Of a DNA stretch of 64,000 nt, positions 10,352-21,509 are shown in pieces. Source of the DNA: Candidatus Bathyarchaeota archaeon (lineage in GTDB: Archaea > Thermoproteota > Bathyarchaeia > Bathyarchaeales > Bathyarchaeaceae); the NCBI GenBank assembly GCA_963697165.1, contig CAVOMX010000012.1, positions 128,001 to 192,000 of the forward strand, given 5' to 3'. The position numbers and the translations under genes were made by a program. Under the pieces are notes generated by a model. It saw only the letters and a list, made by a program, of their open reading frames with translations. It was not told where the DNA came from and did no database searches. Every line of letters begins with the position of its first letter. Position 1 is the stretch's first letter.

Positions 10352-13300
10352 CCTACATACCTCAATGCTTCTGCTGGGGGAATTCTTGAAGCCACAAGCG
10401 CAGGGAGTGACCCAGAGCCTAGGGCTATTAGTACAATTATTGAAAGATATAGTCCGATTTCTTGCCAGGGAATTACTAGTGTTACGCCTTGCATGTTTGC
10501 AAAACCTACACTTACTAGCAATCCGTTGGCAGTTCCGATTAGTAATCCGATTATTCCAAGTACTACTAGTTCAAGGAGAACTGAAAGAATTACTTGTGTT
10601 CTAGGAAATCCTATGGCTCTCATCATTCCGATTTCTCGTTTTCTTTCTGAAACGTTTCGAACTGAAATTACTCCCATGCCTACTGCTCCAATTACTAAAC
10701 CAAATGTAACGTAGATTTGAAGGAAAGATCCTATTCGATCTGTAAGTTCTAATGTTGATTCAATTCTAGAGTAGGTTCGACTAGAACTTGCAACATAGAA
10801 GTTGTCATCTGCTAAAAGTCGGTATCCTTCTCCGTTTGTGTTTGTGAACTCTTCAATTTTTTGAGCTATATCTTCAATTTGAGGATCATCAATAGGGAGA
10901 CTAGTTTTTATCAAATAAGAGTTGTATTGATTTTCTTCTCTGGAAATTAGGGTTTTTCCATCTGCTTCACCTAAATAATTTGTTTGGTTTGACCAATATT
11001 CGGGAAGATACAAAGTTCCTAGAATTGCTTGAAAGTCCATGTCGCCTCCACCAATAGATAAACTGGCTGATAATGGGAATCCTCCAGCACGTTGGTTGTC
11101 AAGACTTCCTCCAATAGTAAACGCTTGATACTTTGGAAATCCGTTGGTCGAAGAATTCATTGGTATCCAGATTTGCATTCCAAGAGGCAAAATAAACGAG
11201 TCAGTGAATACTATTGGGTTTTTGATAATGTTTCCATCATCGTCTCTCAAAGGTTCAACGCCTTCAAGCGGGTCTTCTCCTGAGCCTCCAACAAATCCTC
11301 CTCCGTCTCCGCCTCCTATCTGAAGTTCAGAAAGGTCTGTTTCTCCAGAAAATATGGAAAGTATACGAGATGAAACATTGTAGGCAGCCATTTCGTATTC
11401 AGGAGTAAAGAATTGATCCCAACCTTTTTTGGTTAACACTTCTAGTTCTTCATCAGAAAGGTCTGAAAGAGCAGATTCCCTAATTCCATCAGGCAGATCA
11501 CCTAAATAAAACGGGTAACGCCAATTAGGATCTGAATAGTCTGAGGCGTTTCCTCGAATTTGTTCGGCTTTGAATTCTCCAATTCCAATTGGAACAAAAC
11601 TGGTTGCAGCATCAAAATCTGAAGAACTGGGATCCTTTAATGATACAAACTTTGTGAAGTCTTGTCCTGGTCTGAAAGTTTTGAATCCTATTATGTCTGT
11701 TATTCGATCGTCAAGTTTGTAAACTTGGTCTGTATATGAAGTGTCAGGAATTATTGCTTCGGGTTTGTTTAGGAATATTACCATGTCAACGCCTTTGCTA
11801 TCTTCTTCAAGTTGAATTGCAGTTCCTAAGCTTGTGGGAATCAATGTGGCAACCAGCACGTTAAGCGTTAATATGACTGCAAAAATTGCAAATGTTAACG
11901 TAGAACGGGTAATATGGGATGAAATTAGTGATGGAGATATTTGGGCAACGCCTTTTACTCCTCGAATTTTTATCAGAACATTCCTTAGGCCTCGCATTAA
12001 AATAGGTAGATTGAGTGCGACAAATAGGATTGATCCGATCATTATTTCGATAATTCCCAAAATTAGGATATCAATAGATAGACCTGTTATGTCTGTTACC
12101 CAGTTGCCCATAGCTACAACAAATAGGATTGACGGAATAACCCAAAGGGTAATTGCTGCTATGTTGAAAGCTTTTACCCTGTCTATATATTTGGAGAGGA
12201 CAAGACCTAAGCCTCCTGTTAATAGGCCAAATCCCATCATTAGAGATCTCCATTCGTTAAGGGTGTCCCATCCTTCACTGGTCCAGAAGACTTGGTAGGA
12301 TTCTTCGATTATTCCGTTATTTATTAGAAGAATTATTCCGCCTGCAATCATTAGTACTCCTAATGCTGCTAGGTTTCGGCTTGATTTTTCTTTGAATTCT
12401 ACTTTTATTCCACGTAGAGCTTCTACGATTTTGACTCGTGATGCCCTTAAGGCAGGAAGAATTCCGGTTATAATGCTTAAGACTACACCGATTATTACAG
12501 ACAATATGACTGCTTCTTGAGAAATAACTGGTTGAACACTAAGCTCCCCAGTTCCAAATAGGCTTACTAGATACATTGCTACAGCTTGGCCAAATGCTAA
12601 TCCTCCAATTAGACCTACGATTCCTCCGATTATTCCTTGGAACAAGTTTTCAATTATTATTGACTGAAAAATGCCGCTACGATTAGCACCTACTGCTCGT
12701 AGTACTCCTGTTTGAAACTCTCGGTCTTCTACACTCATCAATTGAACGTTGGTTATTAGCAAAATTCCGGTCATTGTGATTAAGAACCCTAATGCAGTTA
12801 GCATTGTGCTCATTAATGTGATGAAGAATTCTGCAAAAGTAGTAAAATCAAGTCGGTTCGATGTAACTTGGTAGATTTTTTGGGTGTTTCCTGTCTGAGG
12901 GTTTATCTCTTCGGGAATTGTGTTTTCTACTTGTTCTAGTTTGTTTCGCAAGAAATCTTCGTCTATACCTAAAATAAAGTGGTCAGATTTGTAGCTCACT
13001 AGAAATGTGCTGATTATGTCTGTTTCTTTCTTTGGGTCCTGTAGACTTAGCCAGTTTTGTAGATAATCTAGTCTTATTATGCCTCCTGAGTATTGGGAGC
13101 TGATTCCGGGACGGTTCGAATCAAAAATGCCGACTACATTCATTTCTATTTTTGAAATTTCAGGAGTAAATGAAATAATTGGTACTCTTTGGGTTCCATT
13201 TGGAGTTAAAGTTTCAAAGGCAATTTCTGTTATTTCAATACTGGCTGGAGTTCCATCAAAACTTACAATTCCTAGGAAGGCATCTCCTCTTAGAACTCTT

Positions 13301-14178
13301 CCAGTATAAGGTGTTAAATCAAAAGTTGAATTATTAAGTGTGATTAAATCGGTCCAGTTTGCCACATCAAGGGTGCTGCCATCATCTAAGGAGAAACCTA
13401 ACATAATTCCTGTGTTGTAGGTTCCTGTCGCTGTTACATTGACGTAATTATAATTTGACAAATTTAATGATGGACAGTTAATGGTGTAAATCATAACTGT
13501 GCCTGTGAAGTTAATTGGTTGAATTTCAAGGCTTAGACTAGCGTTATTGCTGTTTAGAACGTAATTGGTGGTTGTGAAATTAGCGTTTATTGTCCATTCA
13601 GTCAAAGGAACAACTGGTGGAGTAAAAGTAGCTGAAAGGTTAGTGAATTCAGTAGTTAAAGTCACCGGTAATGGTGTATCTTCGTTAAGTCCAAAGGTTT
13701 CAGCTTGATCGCTGGATAGTAAGATGCTTTTATTGTCGTTTAATAGATTGTTTATGTCCATTTGTTGTTGGGTTTTCCAGTCATAAAATATTCCAAAGGC
13801 ATCGGGGTAATCTGTTGGAATTCCTGAAAGTTTCATTTTAGGATCAAATTGGCTAGATATTAATGCAGGAACATCAGCTGATAATTCGGGCATAACTCCT
13901 AATGCATCAGGAACTAGATTGTTTACGGTTTCTTGATCACTGATGCTCAGATATCCGCCATTGGTAACGTTCATTATTCTAAGATCGACTTCTCCTTCAC
14001 CTTGAAGAATACTTGTTATGAAAGAATTTTCTAAAGTATCAGTTGTTATAGTAATTCCTACAAGCAAAGTAACTCCTAATGTAACAGCCAAAATTGCGCT
14101 AAGATTCTTTGTTTTTCTTCGGGATAACGATCTCCATGCAATCATAAAACTAGATTTTAAACCCAAATTATTCACCAA
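10348..14178 (-). CDS. Large FtsX/MacB-family ABC permease with two FtsX domains
   Basis: Two FtsX motifs (SVEDREFQTGVLRAVGA; NVSERKREIGMMRAIG), PALRASR/PALVASR ends, large extracytoplasmic loops. Confidence 0.92.
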   Translation of the reverse strand: MVNNLGLKSSFMIAWRSLSRRKTKNLSAILAVTLGVTLLVGITITTDTLENSFITSILQGEGEVDLRIMNVTNGGYLSISDQETVNNLVPDALGVMPELSADVPALISSQFDPKMKLSGIPTDYPDAFGIFYDWKTQQQMDINNLLNDNKSILLSSDQAETFGLNEDTPLPVTLTTEFTNLSATFTPPVVPLTEWTINANFTTTNYVLNSNNASLSLEIQPINFTGTVMIYTINCPSLNLSNYNYVNVTATGTYNTGIMLGFSLDDGSTLDVANWTDLITLNNSTFDLTPYTGRVLRGDAFLGIVSFDGTPASIEITEIAFETLTPNGTQRVPIISFTPEISKIEMNVVGIFDSNRPGISSQYSGGIIRLDYLQNWLSLQDPKKETDIISTFLVSYKSDHFILGIDEDFLRNKLEQVENTIPEEINPQTGNTQKIYQVTSNRLDFTTFAEFFITLMSTMLTALGFLITMTGILLITNVQLMSVEDREFQTGVLRAVGANRSGIFQSIIIENLFQGIIGGIVGLIGGLAFGQAVAMYLVSLFGTGELSVQPVISQEAVILSVIIGVVLSIITGILPALRASRVKIVEALRGIKVEFKEKSSRNLAALGVLMIAGGIILLINNGIIEESYQVFWTSEGWDTLNEWRSLMMGFGLLTGGLGLVLSKYIDRVKAFNIAAITLWVIPSILFVVAMGNWVTDITGLSIDILILGIIEIMIGSILFVALNLPILMRGLRNVLIKIRGVKGVAQISPSLISSHITRSTLTFAIFAVILTLNVLVATLIPTSLGTAIQLEEDSKGVDMVIFLNKPEAIIPDTSYTDQVYKLDDRITDIIGFKTFRPGQDFTKFVSLKDPSSSDFDAATSFVPIGIGEFKAEQIRGNASDYSDPNWRYPFYLGDLPDGIRESALSDLSDEELEVLTKKGWDQFFTPEYEMAAYNVSSRILSIFSGETDLSELQIGGGDGGGFVGGSGEDPLEGVEPLRDDDGNIIKNPIVFTDSFILPLGMQIWIPMNSSTNGFPKYQAFTIGGSLDNQRAGGFPLSASLSIGGGDMDFQAILGTLYLPEYWSNQTNYLGEADGKTLISREENQYNSYLIKTSLPIDDPQIEDIAQKIEEFTNTNGEGYRLLADDNFYVASSSRTYSRIESTLELTDRIGSFLQIYVTFGLVIGAVGMGVISVRNVSERKREIGMMRAIGFPRTQVILSVLLELVVLGIIGLLIGTANGLLVSVGFANMQGVTLVIPWQEIGLYLSIIVLIALGSGSLPALVASRIPPAEALRYVG

Positions 14179-14191
14179 TTAATATATTATT

Positions 14192-14752
14192 TCATTCTAC
14201 AAACATATTGGAAGAATTCTGAAAATTATTTTTCATTCTTTGGACAATTTTTTCAAGTTTGTCATAACAATCGTTCAGGGATGCTGATATTTCTTCAACT
14301 TCCTTTTCTGAAATCCTGTCAGCATTTTGGCGTAATACGATTAATGACTTCATTACGTTCTTAGCAGATTCTTTTGTCTTGCGAAATCTTTCATTTTTAT
14401 CCTCAAGGTCGAAACCACCAACTAACATAGGTGCAAGGAATTCAATTCGTTTTATGAAATCCTGTCCAAATGCTATTTGTTTTTCAAAGAATCTTTTTCC
14501 TTCATCTGTAAAACTATATCTTTTAAATCCCTGATCATCCGTAGGTAACTCTATAGTTAACCCTTTTTTGTTTAACCGAGCTAGGAGAGGATAAATTGAT
14601 CCTGAACTGGGTTTCCAGCTTCCAGTTTGTTTTTCAATTTCTTCCACAATTTCTGCTCCAGACATGGGTTTTTCGTTAATCATCTTTAAAACTAAAAATT
14701 TGAGAAGACCTCTAGGAACGCCTACTGTTCTAGATTTCCTAGTAAAAGTCAT
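14192..14752 (-). CDS. PadR-family transcriptional regulator
   Basis: GLLKFLVL, PMSGAEI, WKPSSGSIYPLL, YSFTDEG. Confidence 0.92.
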   Translation of the reverse strand: MTFTRKSRTVGVPRGLLKFLVLKMINEKPMSGAEIVEEIEKQTGSWKPSSGSIYPLLARLNKKGLTIELPTDDQGFKRYSFTDEGKRFFEKQIAFGQDFIKRIEFLAPMLVGGFDLEDKNERFRKTKESAKNVMKSLIVLRQNADRISEKEVEEISASLNDCYDKLEKIVQRMKNNFQNSSNMFVE

Positions 14753-14766
14753 TTAATCACATCGTA

Positions 14767-14782
14767 ATGTCACTAGCAACAT
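14767..14782. promoter_or_regulatory. Putative PadR operator ATGT-N8-ACAT between the TATA box and the padR start
   Basis: ATGTCACTAGCAACAT; minus-strand TTTTTATA TATA-like box at about 14792-14799. Confidence 0.65.
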
Positions 14783-14841
14783 CACTTGAAATATAAAAAT
14801 GTTATGAATTTCGGTTCTGCTTTGTACACGTTTCAACTGTT

Positions 14842-15871
14842 CTAGTGCATTTGTTTCATTTTCAATTTGAAATCCTGCAGTGTTGACTGAAAATCGTTTC
14901 TTATGAAACCGCCTTTAACAAGCTCAGAATCTTTTACGCGCCTCTTGGACTGAAACACAAGCCTCTTTTTCCATATTTTGGGCAAAGTTGCAATCGGATT
15001 AATAACGCCCTTCAGGGTTGCTTTTGCCTCATCATGTTTTTTTACAGCAAAAAAACCTGCAGAAACAATAAACGTGAAAAAAGTCAAAACCGAAAATCTC
15101 CACCAGACGTTTCTAAGTTCATAGTTCTTGAGTACAGTATTCAATCGATTTTTAGAAGAATAATAAAGCATCATTCCGCTTACTCCCCTTAGAACGCCGC
15201 CGCGATGAATCACCACAGCGGATGGAACAAACATTACCTTATAACCCAGCAATCTTGTACGAAGAGAAAGGTCGGTATCATCATCATATATGAAATAGTC
15301 AGCGTCAAAGCCTCCAACTTGGTCAAAAACGTCTCTTCGAGCAATACAGCAACCTGAAGACGCCGCTAAAATCTCAAAATTTTCTTTAAGCATTTCTTCT
15401 TTTGAGCCATAGTTTGCAGCCCACGTTCCCAAAGCGTCAACAGCAACGCAAACATAGTCTAAACAACGTTTGTCTTCTGATAACACAATTTTAGCTTGCG
15501 CTAATCCGACTGTTTTATCCTTTTCCATGACATTAACTAGTTCGCAGAGCCAATTTTTTTCCTCGAATTCTATGTCACTATCCAAAAAAACAATGTATTG
15601 TCCTTTAGTCATTCTTGCGCCGATGTTGCAGCCCTCAGAATGTCCTACATTCTCACGTGTTTTCAACAATTTTTATTCGAGGATTTGAACCAAAAGAAGC
15701 TTCTATCTCCGCGAGGCTTCCGTCTGTCGAAGCATTATCAACAACAACTACTTCATAGTTAGGATAATCTGTATCCAAAAGAGTTTGTAAACACTGCCTC
15801 AAGAGATCTTTCCCATTAAAATTCACGATTACAACCGAGACAGAAGGGAAGCTCTCACTCTTTTTTGACAC
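14842..15871 (-). CDS. Glycosyltransferase family 2 (frameshift near 15660)
   Basis: SVVIVNFNG, VVVDNASTDGS, FLDSD, GGFDADYFIYDDDTD. Confidence 0.92.
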
Positions 15872-16023
15872 AACTATTCACCATACGAAACAAAACTTTA
15901 GCTTGGTTCCAGCACGTTTTCTCGTTTCAATAAAGTATTGGGCTAACTTAAAGCCTTTTTTGGCACAAACAATAAATTGTTTTCTATGCTGATTCTACGA
16001 AAGCGTAAATAGAAGCGATTCTG

Positions 16024-17055
16024 ATGGACAACTACAAAACATCCTCCTTCGGTCACTGTTATAGTTCCTGTACGGAATGGAGAACAAACTATCCAACCGT
16101 TACTTGAGTCTCTCCAAAAGCTGGACTACGACAGAAACAAAGTAGAGGTGATTGTAGTTGACGGAAACTCTACAGACAAAACTCGAGAAATAGTCAAAGA
16201 ATACCCCGTGAATCTTGTTGTTGAAAAAAGAAACGGATTAAACATTGCAAGAAACACAGGAATAAAATGCAGCAACGGAGAAATCGTTGCATTCACTGAC
16301 TCCGACTGCATAGTGCCTCAAAACTGGATAACAAAAATCGTCGAGAACTTCAAAGACCCCAAAGTCGGCTGCGTAGGTGGAAGCACAAAAGCTCTTGACA
16401 ACGATTTTGTTTCACAATATGCTGACAACAGCATAGTACAGACTGATGCCATTCTTCAGGAAACGGGAAGAACTTGAAAAAGTGAAACCGTTCTTCCGAC
16501 ATCCAGCAGGATGCAACATGGCTTTTAGACGAAAAGTAGCCGAGAAAGTCGGATATTTTGACGAGAATATTCAGTATGGCTTTGATGAAGTTGAGTTTGC
16601 AGACAGAGTTTGCATGGCAGGTTACAAGATGGTTCTGGACCCCGAAGTTTCGGTCTGGCACAAGCATCGAGCAACACTTGGAGACTTTATGAAACAAAAC
16701 TTTCAGTATGGCAAAGGAAGCGGATTGGTGCTTAAAAGAAACAGGTTGAAGGACGCGGTTTCTAGATGGGCGTTTCTGGGACTAATTGGTTTCATAAGTT
16801 GGCTGATGATAGTTGGATCGTTATCGTTTCTAACTCTTACGTCAAGTTCCAGCATTTTCCAATTGGTTACTCTTCGGGTTCACTGGCTTGCCCCTAATCA
16901 TATTGGCGTCAGTTTATGTATATCGAGCAGTTCAGAACAAAAAATTTGCCAGAATTGTAACATACCCGTTTATTGATCTCTTCAGAACGCTTTCTTTCTG
17001 TTGTGGACAAGTTTATCAACTTTTTAAAAGGACTCGAAACGTAACAGAGTGTTAG
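16024..17055 (+). CDS. Glycosyltransferase family 2 with C-terminal TM helices (several indels)
   Basis: SVTVIVPVRNG, VVDGNSTD, AFTDSDC, GCNMAFRR. Confidence 0.88.
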
Positions 17056-17286
17056 CTCCTAAACGTCGGCACTATGTCCGTGAACAAAAACATTCCCAAA
17101 TAGTAAACATATCTGCTCCTGCAACTTTTCTTAAATTACTCGTATCCCCTTTTTTCTTAGTCAAGGAGAGGGTAACTTGCTTTGGATTTTGAGTCTGAAG
17201 GCTACGTTTACAACCTGTTCGAAGCGTTAATTGACCTTGTACGTGGAGAAAAACGCAAAAAACTACATTTGCCAAATGCCTGATTT

Positions 17287-17511
17287 GTGGTTGCCTTAGC
17301 CAATTCAGACCGAAATCCAATAGCATGCAAGTTCACAGATCTTTACTGCAATAACTGCGGAATCATCATCTCTTTTGGCACAAAAGGAAAGGATCCTCAA
17401 ATAAGCGAACATGCCAAAATATTTTGTGAAAACTGTGAAGACGACTGCAGAAAATGTCAAATCAACAAATTAGCCAACGAAAAGTTATTAAAAGACATTA
17501 ACCGCAAATAA
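17287..17511 (+). CDS. Small Cys-rich putative zinc-finger protein
   Basis: CNNCG, CENC, CRKC. Confidence 0.5.
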   Translation: MVALANSDRNPIACKFTDLYCNNCGIIISFGTKGKDPQISEHAKIFCENCEDDCRKCQINKLANEKLLKDINRK

Positions 17512-17615
17512 ACATATTGTAGACTCAAAAAACAGCTTATTTTTTAATAAGAAAAAAATCTAATTACAGTTACCAAAATGGTAACTGAAACAAGGAAAAT
17601 GAAAAAGAAGTATTT

Positions 17616-18167
17616 TTAGTATCTTCTTCGCTGGTATCCGCCGTCGTTGCCGCCGCTTCTTCCGCCACCGCCGTATCCGCCGCCGCCTCTACCGCCGTAG
17701 CCACCGCCGCTTCTCCGCCACCGCCGTATCCGCCGCCGCCTCTACCGTAGCCACCGCCGCCGCCTCTGTTGAAGCGTCTCTCTTGTTCGTATCGTTTGTC
17801 TGAAATGTTGTTTTCTGTGTTGACTTTAGATGATTGGCGAATCTTCTACTATTTCGTAGCTGCCATATTTTCCGATGTTTAGGCGTATGTTTCCTCTGAA
17901 GAGGTTTATGTAACCGTTAGTGATGCTTAGTGTGGCTTCTTCGTTTATTGCGTCTATTTTGTCATCCCAAAGGGTCATGTATACACATCCAGTCTCGTCG
18001 CCAACTAACGCATCTGCAACTCGTCGTACAGAATAATCACGTCCAGTGACGCTCCTGATTTCACCCTTAGAAACTACTTTCACGATGGTGTTGACGCCTC
18101 TAGAATTGGGGGTCAACGTTTCAATTTTTACCAGTTCTTCACTTTCAGATGGTTCTTCACCTGACAT
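17616..18167 (-). CDS. ssb: Single-OB-fold ssDNA-binding protein (crenarchaeal SSB type) with Gly/Arg/Tyr-rich tail (frameshifts near 17828 and in the tail)
   Basis: KVVSKGEIR, VADALVGDETG, TLWDD, NGYINLFRG; tail of GGYGGGxRGG units ending YQRRRY*. Confidence 0.88.
17634..17767 (-). repeat. GGC-rich imperfect tandem repeats encoding RGGGGYGG units
   Basis: Repeated ccgccaccgccgtatccgccgccgcctcta on the + strand. Confidence 0.85.
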
Positions 18168-18359
18168 TTAATCTACATCCGATTTACATGGTCATTTAGA
18201 GCGGTTCTTAAAGATTGTGGTATAACCCCATAGACCACAAAAACTTGAAACATAACGTTTGAATCAAAAAACGGTAAAATAAACCAAAATTAGCCAATCA
18301 GCAAGTCACTCACAATTTATAAGTTCCCTCACTGCAACTCTTTACTCGATGGTGTTTCT

Positions 18360-19846
18360 ATGAATGGGCAAAGAAAATTTCAGGAACCTAGAGCATCTGT
18401 TCCCATCGAAAAAATTGACGATTACCACTGGCAAATACCCACAAGCTACAAGTCTGGTATGCGTGTTCCCGGTATGGTCTTTGCTGACGAGCAACTCATC
18501 GAAAAAATAAAACTGGATCGAACACTTGATCAGTGCGCCAATGTTGCTCACTTACCCGGAATTTACAAGTATGCGATTACGTTGCCTGATGGTCATGAAG
18601 GGTATGGTTTTCCGATAGGCGGGGTTGCGGCTACAGACTATAATGAAGGCGTGATTAAGTCCAGGGGGCGTGGGCTACGACATCAACTGTGGTGTGCGTC
18701 TATTAACAACGAACCTTTCTGAAAGCGATGCTAGACCATACCTTGCTGGCCTCACCAACTCCATATTCAATAATGTTCCCAGCGGACTTGGTAGCTGCCG
18801 CAAAGACTTCCGACTGAACCTGCATGAACTTGACCAGCTGGTTACGGAGGGGGTGTCTTGGGCAGTAGATAAGGGGCTTGGACGGTCTGAAGACATCAAA
18901 CACTGTGAAGAAGAGGGATGTATGGAAGGCGCTAACCCTGACAAGATTTCGTCAAAAGCCAAGCAAAGGGGTCTTCCTCAAAGTGGCACCCTCGGTTCAG
19001 GAAACCATTTCCTAGAAATCGGAAAGGTTGACAAAATCTACGACAATAAAGTGGCTAAAACCTTCGGCGTCACACATGAGGGACAAGTTACAGTTCTGAT
19101 TCACTGTGGCTCACGCGGATTCGGACATCAAATCTGTTCAGACTATCTGCGTGTCATGGAACGAGCCGTCCAAAAATATGGCATCTCATATACCCGACAG
19201 GGAACTCGCCTGTGCACCAGCCACAAGCAACGAAGCCCAAGATTATTATCAGGCTATGGCATGCGCAGTCAACTACGCTTTTGTGAATCGTCAAGTTATC
19301 ACACATTGGGTTCGCCAGAGCTTTGAAGAGATTTTCAAGAGATCAGCGGAAGACTTGGGTTTGAATCTGGTCTACGATGTTGCCCATAATATCGCAAAGA
19401 GTGAAGAACACACTATAGACGGGAAGCGAACCAAAGTTTGGACTCACAGGAAAGGAGCGACAAGATCGTTTCCGCCTGGACACAAGGACGTTCCAGCCGA
19501 TTACCGTTCTGTGGGACAGCCTGTCATTATACCCGGAAGTATGGGCACAAGCTCGTGGCTGCTGGCGGGAACGGCTAAAGCTATGGATGTTTCTTTTGGT
19601 TCCACGGCTCATGGAGCTGGTCGCATGTTGAGCAGATCGGCTGCGAAGCGAAGGTTCTGGGGCGGAGACGTAAAACAGGCGCTGGAGGGTCGAGGAATCG
19701 TTGTCAGAGCAGCCAGTTCTACTATTTTGGCTGAAGAAGCTGATTTAGCATACAAGGATGTGGACAGAGTAGTGGACGTGAGCGATAAGGCGGGAATCGC
19801 AACCCGTGTTGCCCGCTTGGTTCCACTGGGAGTCGTAAAAGGATAA
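18360..19846 (+). CDS. rtcB: RNA-splicing ligase RtcB (two 1-nt frameshifts near 18657 and 19190)
   Basis: [63 protein letters not shown]. Confidence 0.96.
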
Positions 19847-19855
19847 AACTGGCAT

Positions 19856-20750
19856 TTAGTGCTTCTGTTGGGTTCGCAGTAGATGGAACAGGTATTCCTG
19901 TGCGTATCCTGCATATCTTCCAAAATATTGTCTCCCAAAGGAGCCTATAGTTTCGTATTCCTTAGGTGTGGGTGAGCCTTTGCTGGCGACTCGTTTAATG
20001 AACGAAGAGTCAAAGTGGCAGGTATAGAGACTTGTGGCTGCCCTCTTCATCCATACATCTATAGGAAAAGCCTCAAGCTTCTCTAAAGAAAAGAGAAGAA
20101 CGCAGTCAGCAACTTTATGTCCCACTCCTGGTAAACCCAAAAGGGTTCGTTTAGCCTCCAAATAGTCCATGTTCTTCAAAGACTCAAGAGATAGTTCCCC
20201 GTTGTCAATCATTTTTGCGGTCTCCAAAACTCGCTCAGCCCTGAAACCTAAACCACAACTTCGCAATTCTTCGATGCTGACTTGTGCTAGGTCTTCTGGC
20301 TTCGGAAAAGTGTAAAAAGTGTAGACGATCAAACGCCAACTTTTTTCCAAACTGTATGCAGATGCTATTGATCATTCTTTTGATGGCTGGGATACTCTTG
20401 TATGTTGCACAGATGTAAGAGATGAGGCACTCCCACGGTTCTTGCCTGCATAATCTCAGTCCACAGAAAAGTCTGATTGCCTCTCGAATATTCTCATCTT
20501 TGTTTATCTCAGACAGAATAGATGCTAAGTCATCGTCTAATCTCAAGTAATTCTCGATAAATCCGTGTTTTTTTGTTTCTGGAAAAATCTGAAAAATCAG
20601 CCTTTCGTTGCACTGTTTTATCTTAATCACTCTGTCTGCAACAGTGCCATACCACCAATCATCCAGTTTTTTCCATCGAAAAAGTTGACCACAATTCAAG
20701 GTGTGCTCTAAGCTGAAGGGACCAGATGACCTGTTCAGCTTAAGTTCCAT
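19856..20750 (-). CDS. 8-oxoguanine DNA glycosylase (OGG_N plus HhH-GPD; frameshift near 20330)
   Basis: TLNCGQLFRW, RQEPWECLISYIC, GLGFRA, LPGVGHKVADCV, AFPIDVW, GYAQEYLF. Confidence 0.92.
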
Positions 20751-20760
20751 GGCGTTTCCT

Positions 20761-21358
20761 TCAGCAAGTTGGTTCAGTCTGCAGGAACGGATTGTGCCTC
20801 TTTTCGTCGCCTATGGTAGTGAATGACTCGTGTCCGGGATATACCTTGAAACTGTCGGGCAAACACAAAAGCTTGGTCTTAATCGACCGTATTATCTCTT
20901 CGAATGATCCTCCGGGAAAGTCGGTTCTGCCTATAGAACCCGCGAAAAGTGTATCTCCAGTAAAAACAATGTTGTCTCCTACGAGGCATATGCCGCCTTT
21001 TGTGTGTCCGGGCGTGTGAAGAACAGCCAGCTTGAAATTGCCTACATGTATGCCGTCTCCGTCGTGGAGCTTCTGGTCTGCATTTACACGTCCAGAATGG
21101 CTTTCATGGATAAGTATGAGCGCATCTGTTGCCTCTTTGATGAAACCGTTTCCGGATATGTGATCGGGGTGACCATGAGTGTTTATGACATATTTTACGT
21201 GGAAGCCGTTCTGTTTTATGAAATCCAAAATCTCTTCTAGCTTCATTTTTGGTTTCTAATCCCGGGTCAATAATCGCCGCTTCTTTGGTTTCTTCGCAGC
21301 CTGCGACATAACAGTTTGTGGATAACCACCCAACCTTGAAGCATTCTATGATCATCAA
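20761..21358 (-). CDS. MBL-fold metallohydrolase (glyoxalase II-like; frameshift near 21240)
   Basis: THGHPDH, TPGHT, FTGDTLF, GRTDF, PGHE. Confidence 0.92.
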
Positions 21359-21509
21359 TATACCTCACTGAAAGTTGACGACAACTCCTATTCAAAAAGG
21401 GAACCACATTATAAAACATACTGAATTTTAGAGCAGAGTATCTTCAGATTAACTCTCTAAACTAGATTTCATGTAAAGTCTTAATTCACACGCTTTAGTA
21501 TATGATCTG

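Noticed and set aside
18645..19200. rtcB frame breaks as introns, inteins or programmed frameshifts
   Set aside because: Each is fixed by deleting one base; no insert or BHB structure seen
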